A stretch of 32,000 nucleotides of DNA from an uncultured bacterium. GTDB lineage: Bacteria; Patescibacteriota; Gracilibacteria; UBA1369; PNNO01. The DNA lies in NCBI GenBank assembly GCA_963704705.1, contig OY969931.1, positions 300,001 through 332,000 on the forward strand, in the 5' to 3' direction. Position numbers and translations under genes: made by a program. The notes under the pieces are model-generated. The model searched no databases. It worked only from the letters and a program-made list of their open reading frames with translations, and was not told the origin of the DNA. Below, piece by piece: positions 27,497-32,000 of the stretch (its first letter is position 1; every line of letters begins with the position of its first letter).

Positions 27497-28886
27497 TTTG
27501 TTTAGTTTGAGGAATTTGAGCAGTTTGTTTGATTTCGATTGTTGGCTGAGGTTTAGGATTTTTCGCTACGTTCGCTTTGCTCACTCCAGGGGCTTCGCTC
27601 CCTTCGGTCGCTCCAGAGACCTCCGCTGACGCTTCGGTCTGGTCTTCCATTTTTCTTGCAACTCTGTAAACTTCATCAAGGCTTGTTTCACCCTGAAGAG
27701 CTTTAATTACACCAGCCTGTTCAAGTGTAATCATGCCTGTTCTCATTGCGATTTCTTCAATTTCAAGCGAATTGGCACGTCTTAAAATGGCTTTTCTAAG
27801 CTCATTATTCATCTTCATCACTTCAAATAAACCAAGACGGCCAGTGTAACCAACGCCATCGCATTTATCACAACCCTTACCTTTATAAAATTTCATTCCT
27901 TTTAATAAATTTCTATCAAATGGTTCATCAGCATGAATCAATCCTACCAGATGTTCTATATGGTCAAGTAAATGAGGATCAACCTGATCTTCAATTTTAC
28001 AGTTTTCACAGATTTTTCGTACAAGACGTTGTGCAATAATACATTCAATTGTTGAAGCCATTAAAAATGGCTGAACTCCCATGTTATCAATACGTGTAAG
28101 CGTTTCGATTGCACTATTGGTATGTATTGTACTAAATACCAAATGGCCAGTTAAAGACGCTTCGATAGCTGTATCAACGGTTTCACGGTCACGGATTTCT
28201 CCAACCATTATAATGTCCGGATCCTGACGCAAACCAGTACGCATACCGAATGCAAAGGTATAATTGATATCCGGATGCACTTGTGACTGATTAAGTCCGT
28301 CAACAGATATTTCCACCGGATCTTCAATTGTCATTATATTCACATCAATTTTGTTCAAACGGTTTAAACAAGAATACAAAGTAGTTGTTTTACCTGAACC
28401 CGTAGGCCCGGTATTTAATATAATTCCATTTGGAGATTTTAAACTTTCTTCAATAAAATGCATTGCATTACCCTGCAAACCAAGTTCAGGAAGATCAGGA
28501 ATTTTTCGCGATTTGTCCTGAATACGCATTACAACTTTTTCACCGTTTACGGTAGGTAAAGTTGAAATACGAAGGTCCATCTCTCTTCCGTCACGGGTTG
28601 TAACTGTTGAGCGTCCATCCTGCGGAATTCTTTGTTCATCGATTTTTAAATTCGACATGATTTTAATGCGCGAAACCACAGCAGGGTGAATATTACTCGG
28701 ATATTCAACTATCTGACGCAAAACACCATCAATTCTATATCTTATACGAATTGTATTTTCCTGCGGTTCAATATGAATATCAGAAGATCTGATATCAAGT
28801 GCATAACTTATAGTATTAAGAACAAGCTGAGGGATATTTCCCGATATAATCGCATCCTGTAATAGTTGTAGTTTTTCAGCAGGCAT
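27483..28886 (-). CDS. pilB: Type IV pilus/type II secretion assembly ATPase (PilB/GspE)
   Basis: 467 aa; DIRSSDIHIEP, GPTGSGKTTTLYS, TIEDPVE, GMRTGLRQDPDIIMVGEIRDRET, GHLVFSTIHTN, CENC/CDKC zinc motif. Confidence 0.95.
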   Translation of the reverse strand: MPAEKLQLLQDAIISGNIPQLVLNTISYALDIRSSDIHIEPQENTIRIRYRIDGVLRQIVEYPSNIHPAVVSRIKIMSNLKIDEQRIPQDGRSTVTTRDGREMDLRISTLPTVNGEKVVMRIQDKSRKIPDLPELGLQGNAMHFIEESLKSPNGIILNTGPTGSGKTTTLYSCLNRLNKIDVNIMTIEDPVEISVDGLNQSQVHPDINYTFAFGMRTGLRQDPDIIMVGEIRDRETVDTAIEASLTGHLVFSTIHTNSAIETLTRIDNMGVQPFLMASTIECIIAQRLVRKICENCKIEDQVDPHLLDHIEHLVGLIHADEPFDRNLLKGMKFYKGKGCDKCDGVGYTGRLGLFEVMKMNNELRKAILRRANSLEIEEIAMRTGMITLEQAGVIKALQGETSLDEVYRVARKMEDQTEASAEVSGATEGSEAPGVSKANVAKNPKPQPTIEIKQTAQIPQTKQNEES

Positions 28887-28888
28887 AA

Positions 28889-29527
28889 TTATTGTTCCGA
28901 AGTTACCGATCTAAAATACGCATTCATGGAAGCGTTGAAGTTTATTTCATCCTGTCCGCTTGTATTGCCAATTGATCCGCTAGGACTTATAAAGTTTATT
29001 GTTATAGTTGTTATTTCAATTAATCTGTTTTTTTCGCTTAAGGTTCCGCTGTTTTCAACAAACTCAAGAAATTTAAAGAAATTATCATAAGAGCTGTGAA
29101 TTGTCATTTTAAATGGCATCACAGAATAATCCTCACCTTCAACTTTTTCTGATTTCAAATACTGCAAATTGTTTATAATAAAAGGATTTTTTATTCTATG
29201 AATATCATTAGCAAATTGTTCCAATGTTCTGGTCAATTTTGTATGGCTTTCATTTTCAGGAAAAACCAGTTCAAGCTCTGTTTGTATTGTTTGATTTAAT
29301 TGTTGAATTCCCTCCTGTTCATTTGCCAATTCAGTTGAAATTATTTCTTCATTATTTTCCAGGTTATTAAAAATTTCAATGTTAGACTGTGTTTCAGCGC
29401 GAACATCAATAAATTTCAAAACATTGTTGAATGTAAAATATCCAACAATTCCAAACAATAAGACACTTAAGACTACGTAAAGTCTTAATTGAAAATAATC
29501 CGATTTAAAGATTGAAGTTGTGTCCAT
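28889..29527 (-). CDS. Single-TM protein, candidate PilO-like pilus assembly component
   Basis: 212 aa; N-terminal TM LYVVLSVLLFGIVGYFTF, then a helical region and a small alpha/beta-like C-terminus; sits directly before pilB and overlaps the upstream gene. Confidence 0.55.
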   Translation of the reverse strand: MDTTSIFKSDYFQLRLYVVLSVLLFGIVGYFTFNNVLKFIDVRAETQSNIEIFNNLENNEEIISTELANEQEGIQQLNQTIQTELELVFPENESHTKLTRTLEQFANDIHRIKNPFIINNLQYLKSEKVEGEDYSVMPFKMTIHSSYDNFFKFLEFVENSGTLSEKNRLIEITTITINFISPSGSIGNTSGQDEINFNASMNAYFRSVTSEQ

Positions 29528-30747
29528 TAAAGCTTCGTTAAATAATCTTCATCAAGATTCAGTTCGATTCTGAAAGAAGAGACATACCCTTTTTCTTCTG
29601 AACCTGATTTAGGAAATGATCTGTTATCAACGTTATAGAACAATTGAGATTGCTCCAAAGCATCAATAAGATTCGCAATTAGCGTAAATGTAGTTCCGTC
29701 ATCTCTTTTTGCCTGACCAATTAATATAATCTTATTTGTTTCTGAATCGAAATCAAATGCAGAGTATTTTATTCCGCCCAACTCTTCAAAGAATCCTGTA
29801 TTGTAAAGTGTATCAATACTTTTTGTGATTCGTTCAATCTCGTCAAGAATAACAGCCCATCTTACTCTGTGTGCTTTTAAATTGCTTATATCAGTAAAAT
29901 CATTTTTCAATATTTCTAAAGATTCTTGTGTAAGTGCAAATAGTTTACTGTCATCCTGTGGAAGATCCATCCTAATATCATCAGTATTTTTTGAGAAAAA
30001 TGCTGAAAGATTTTTATTATTAACAAGCTGAAGCGCAGCTGAATATGTGTTTATCTCCTGCAATATATTTTGAGTTGGTTCTTCTTTGTTAAGTACATTA
30101 ATTTCATTTCTTAGTTCTGTTTTAAGTGCATCATTAAATTCCTGCTCATCAATTTTACCTACTTTTATGGGTTCGCGGTATTTAGCCTGAGCATTAACAT
30201 AAGCAGTAAGTATTTGATCCTGAATTGATGCCAGTTCATCGCTTGGTTGCGCAGCTGTTCTTGCTACTGAATAACTGTCAGATAAGTAAGAGAGCTCTTG
30301 AAGATAAGATGCCATCAATACATAGTTCTTTTGATTGATTGATGTTTGCAAGGTAAGGATATCCTGTTTTGAATTATCCAGTTGCTGAGCTGTATTTGGG
30401 CCTCTTAGACCTGCGAGTAAATCAAATTCCGGATTAAGTTCTGCATAAAAGAACCCAATCGAAAGTATTGATAAAGTAATTACAAAGTAAAAAAAGAATT
30501 TTGCTATTTTTAAATTACGTTTAGTTGGATCAAAAGCCCCAACTATTTTTTTATCAAGTTCCGGAATAGGGCCCAGAATTTTTTCTTCTGGTTTTTCTTC
30601 TGCTTCCTTTTTTTCTAAAACGCCCTCAACAAGCTCAGTTGTTTGAGGTTTTTCTTCTGCTGCAGGAGATTTTTTTTCGAATATGTTTGTATAGAGATTT
30701 CCTCCCTCTTCCTGGCCTTTTTCTTTTTTTGTTGTATCTTCAGGCAT
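29527..30747 (-). CDS. Membrane protein of the pilus cluster (possible PilN-like role)
   Basis: 406 aa; acidic cytoplasmic N-terminus, one TM (IAKFFFYFVITLSILSIGFFYA), C-terminal region DSETNKIILIGQAKRDDGTTFTLIANLIDALEQS; TAATG overlap with the next gene. Confidence 0.5.
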   Translation of the reverse strand: MPEDTTKKEKGQEEGGNLYTNIFEKKSPAAEEKPQTTELVEGVLEKKEAEEKPEEKILGPIPELDKKIVGAFDPTKRNLKIAKFFFYFVITLSILSIGFFYAELNPEFDLLAGLRGPNTAQQLDNSKQDILTLQTSINQKNYVLMASYLQELSYLSDSYSVARTAAQPSDELASIQDQILTAYVNAQAKYREPIKVGKIDEQEFNDALKTELRNEINVLNKEEPTQNILQEINTYSAALQLVNNKNLSAFFSKNTDDIRMDLPQDDSKLFALTQESLEILKNDFTDISNLKAHRVRWAVILDEIERITKSIDTLYNTGFFEELGGIKYSAFDFDSETNKIILIGQAKRDDGTTFTLIANLIDALEQSQLFYNVDNRSFPKSGSEEKGYVSSFRIELNLDEDYLTKL

Positions 30748-30769
30748 TTTTATTTTTTATTTTCCTTAT

Positions 30770-30798
30770 ATTTTAGCAAATTTCAGGCTAAAAGTAAA
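30770..30798 (-). promoter_or_regulatory. Candidate promoter of the pilus assembly operon
   Basis: Minus strand TTTACT - 17 nt - TAAAAT with TGC extended -10, just downstream of the rplL terminator. Confidence 0.5.
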
Positions 30799-30811
30799 GT
30801 ATCCGGATATA

Positions 30812-30849
30812 AAAAAGACCATCACTTATTAGAAAGTAACGGTCTTTTT
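30812..30849 (-). terminator. Strong intrinsic terminator after rplL
   Basis: Minus strand AAAAAGACCGTTACTT - TCTAAT - AAGTGATGGTCTTTTT: 16-bp stem with two GU pairs and a terminal U tract. Confidence 0.9.
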
Positions 30850-30859
30850 ATAAGTATAA

Positions 30860-31273
30860 TTATTTCAACTCTACAGTTGCACCAGCTTCTTCCAATTTTT
30901 TCTTTAATTCTTCAGCTTCTTCAGCTGGAACATTTTCTTTAACTGGTTTTGGTGCGCCATCAACTAAATCTTTAGATTCTTTTAGTCCAAGACCAGTGAT
31001 TTCACGTACAGCTTTAATTACAGCAACTTTCTGTCCGCCAGCAGCAGCCAAAACTACTGTTTTGTTTCCATTTCCTTCGTCAGCATCATCAGCTCCGCCA
31101 GCAGCAGGAGCAGCAGCCATTGCCATAGGGGCAGCAGCAGAAACACCGAACTTGTCTTCCATTGCTTTTACAAGGTTTGCAAGATCAAGAACGCTTAGTT
31201 TCTCAACTGAGTCAAGAATTGCTTGCGCATCTTTTGATAATTTTACTTCTTCTTTTGTTGCATCATCAGACAT
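30860..31273 (-). CDS. rplL: 50S ribosomal protein L7/L12 (bL12)
   Basis: [69 protein letters not shown]. Confidence 0.97.
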   Translation of the reverse strand: MSDDATKEEVKLSKDAQAILDSVEKLSVLDLANLVKAMEDKFGVSAAAPMAMAAAPAAGGADDADEGNGNKTVVLAAAGGQKVAVIKAVREITGLGLKESKDLVDGAPKPVKENVPAEEAEELKKKLEEAGATVELK

Positions 31274-31311
31274 TTTTAATGTTGTTAAGGATAATTAGAA
31301 GTATATTAAGT

Positions 31312-32000
31312 TTATTTATTTTCCGGATCCGAAGCCGCAGGCGCAGGATCTTCTTGAGGAGGTTCCTCAGAAGGTTTTGTATCTTCCGCTTCAGCTTTAG
31401 CCTCTTCTTCAGCAACAGGAGCCTCTTCAGGCGCAGCCTCAGCAGCAGGCGCAGCCTCAGCAGCAGGCGCAGGAGCCTCTTCAGCTTTTGGCGCTTCTGC
31501 AGGGCTTTCTTTTTCCATTTTATCTCTGTACGCATCAACAACTCCTACAAAAGTTCTCATTAATGAATAAAGAACTCCGTGAAATCCGCTTATTGGAGCA
31601 TTCATAGAGCCAACCAATTTCGCAAGAAGTTCTTCTTTTCCAGGAATTTGTGCAAGTTCCATTGCTTCTGCATGAGTTAAAGCTCTTCCTTCCATGAAAG
31701 CGCTTAAAAGTTTTATTGCTTCATGTGTTTTTGAAAAATCATAAATTGTTTTTGCAGCAGCAATTTCGTCACCCATGCTAAATGCAACTCCAACCTGTCC
31801 CACCAATCCTTCTTCCGGAATTTCATCAAATCCTGCGTCTTTTGCAGCGATTTTAATTAGAGTTTTTTTTGCTACTTTAAACTGAGAATCTTTTTCTCTT
31901 AATTTGCTTCTTAAATCCTGAATATCTTTTACTGAAATACCTTGATAATCAGAAAAAACAACAGATTTAGAATTTTTAAATAAATCAACTAATTCTGCAA
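31312..32000 (-). CDS. rplJ: 50S ribosomal protein L10 (uL10), N-terminus cut off by the window edge, with an Ala/Pro/Glu-rich C-terminal tail
   Basis: The track ORF starts at an internal TTG (31806). The frame stays open to 32000 and encodes ...AELVDLFKNSKSVVFSDYQGISVKDIQDLRSKLRERKDSQFKVAKKTLIKIAAKDAGFDEIPEEGLVGQVGVAFSM..., typical of uL10. Confidence 0.9.
   Translation of the reverse strand, partial: AELVDLFKNSKSVVFSDYQGISVKDIQDLRSKLREKDSQFKVAKKTLIKIAAKDAGFDEIPEEGLVGQVGVAFSMGDEIAAAKTIYDFSKTHEAIKLLSAFMEGRALTHAEAMELAQIPGKEELLAKLVGSMNAPISGFHGVLYSLMRTFVGVVDAYRDKMEKESPAEAPKAEEAPAPAAEAAPAAEAAPEEAPVAEEEAKAEAEDTKPSEEPPQEDPAPAASDPENK

Noticed and set aside
31162-31563. ORFs with Leu/Arg/Ser runs (31162..31563 +, 31266..31541 -)
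   Set aside because: Alternate-frame readings of the Ala/Glu repeat in the rplJ tail and of rplL, not genes.
1-32000. Alternative genetic code (TGA = Gly) as in some CPR/BD1-5 lineages
   Set aside because: TGA works as a real stop (for example the ATGA overlap at 10018-10021), and conserved genes show no internal TGA.
1-32000. CRISPR arrays, tRNA/rRNA genes, transposases or phage genes
   Set aside because: No regularly spaced identical repeats with spacers of 25-40 nt, no recognisable tRNA/rRNA sequence, and no transposase or phage structural ORF. The 18-bp arrays are too short and palindromic to be CRISPR.

Overview
This 32 kb AT-rich window reads with the standard bacterial code and looks like a Patescibacteria/CPR-type genome (inference). 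The + strand of the left arm carries recF, a PrsW-like membrane protease gene, uvrA, an excisionase/MerR-type HTH gene and a small zinc-ribbon gene. A GDPD-family gene lies on the minus strand, overlapping the prsW-like gene. The right arm is all minus strand: rplJ (cut by the window edge), rplL, and a type IV pilus/type II secretion assembly cluster (two membrane proteins, PilB/GspE ATPase, PilC/GspF, major pilin). Next comes a 4964-aa secreted protein with two SLH regions, Ca-binding DxDGD repeats, FG-GAP-like, DUF11-like, FecR-like and PKD-like segments and a proline-rich rod, followed by four smaller, tightly coupled secreted protein genes. The main candidates for an undescribed system are two. 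(1) The five-gene surface-protein operon, in which all four small partners end in Cys-X. (2) A regulatory array found twice: three copies of a 13-bp palindrome ATYACY-N-RGTRAT at an exact 18-bp period, once directly upstream of recF and once upstream of the promoter of the giant gene.
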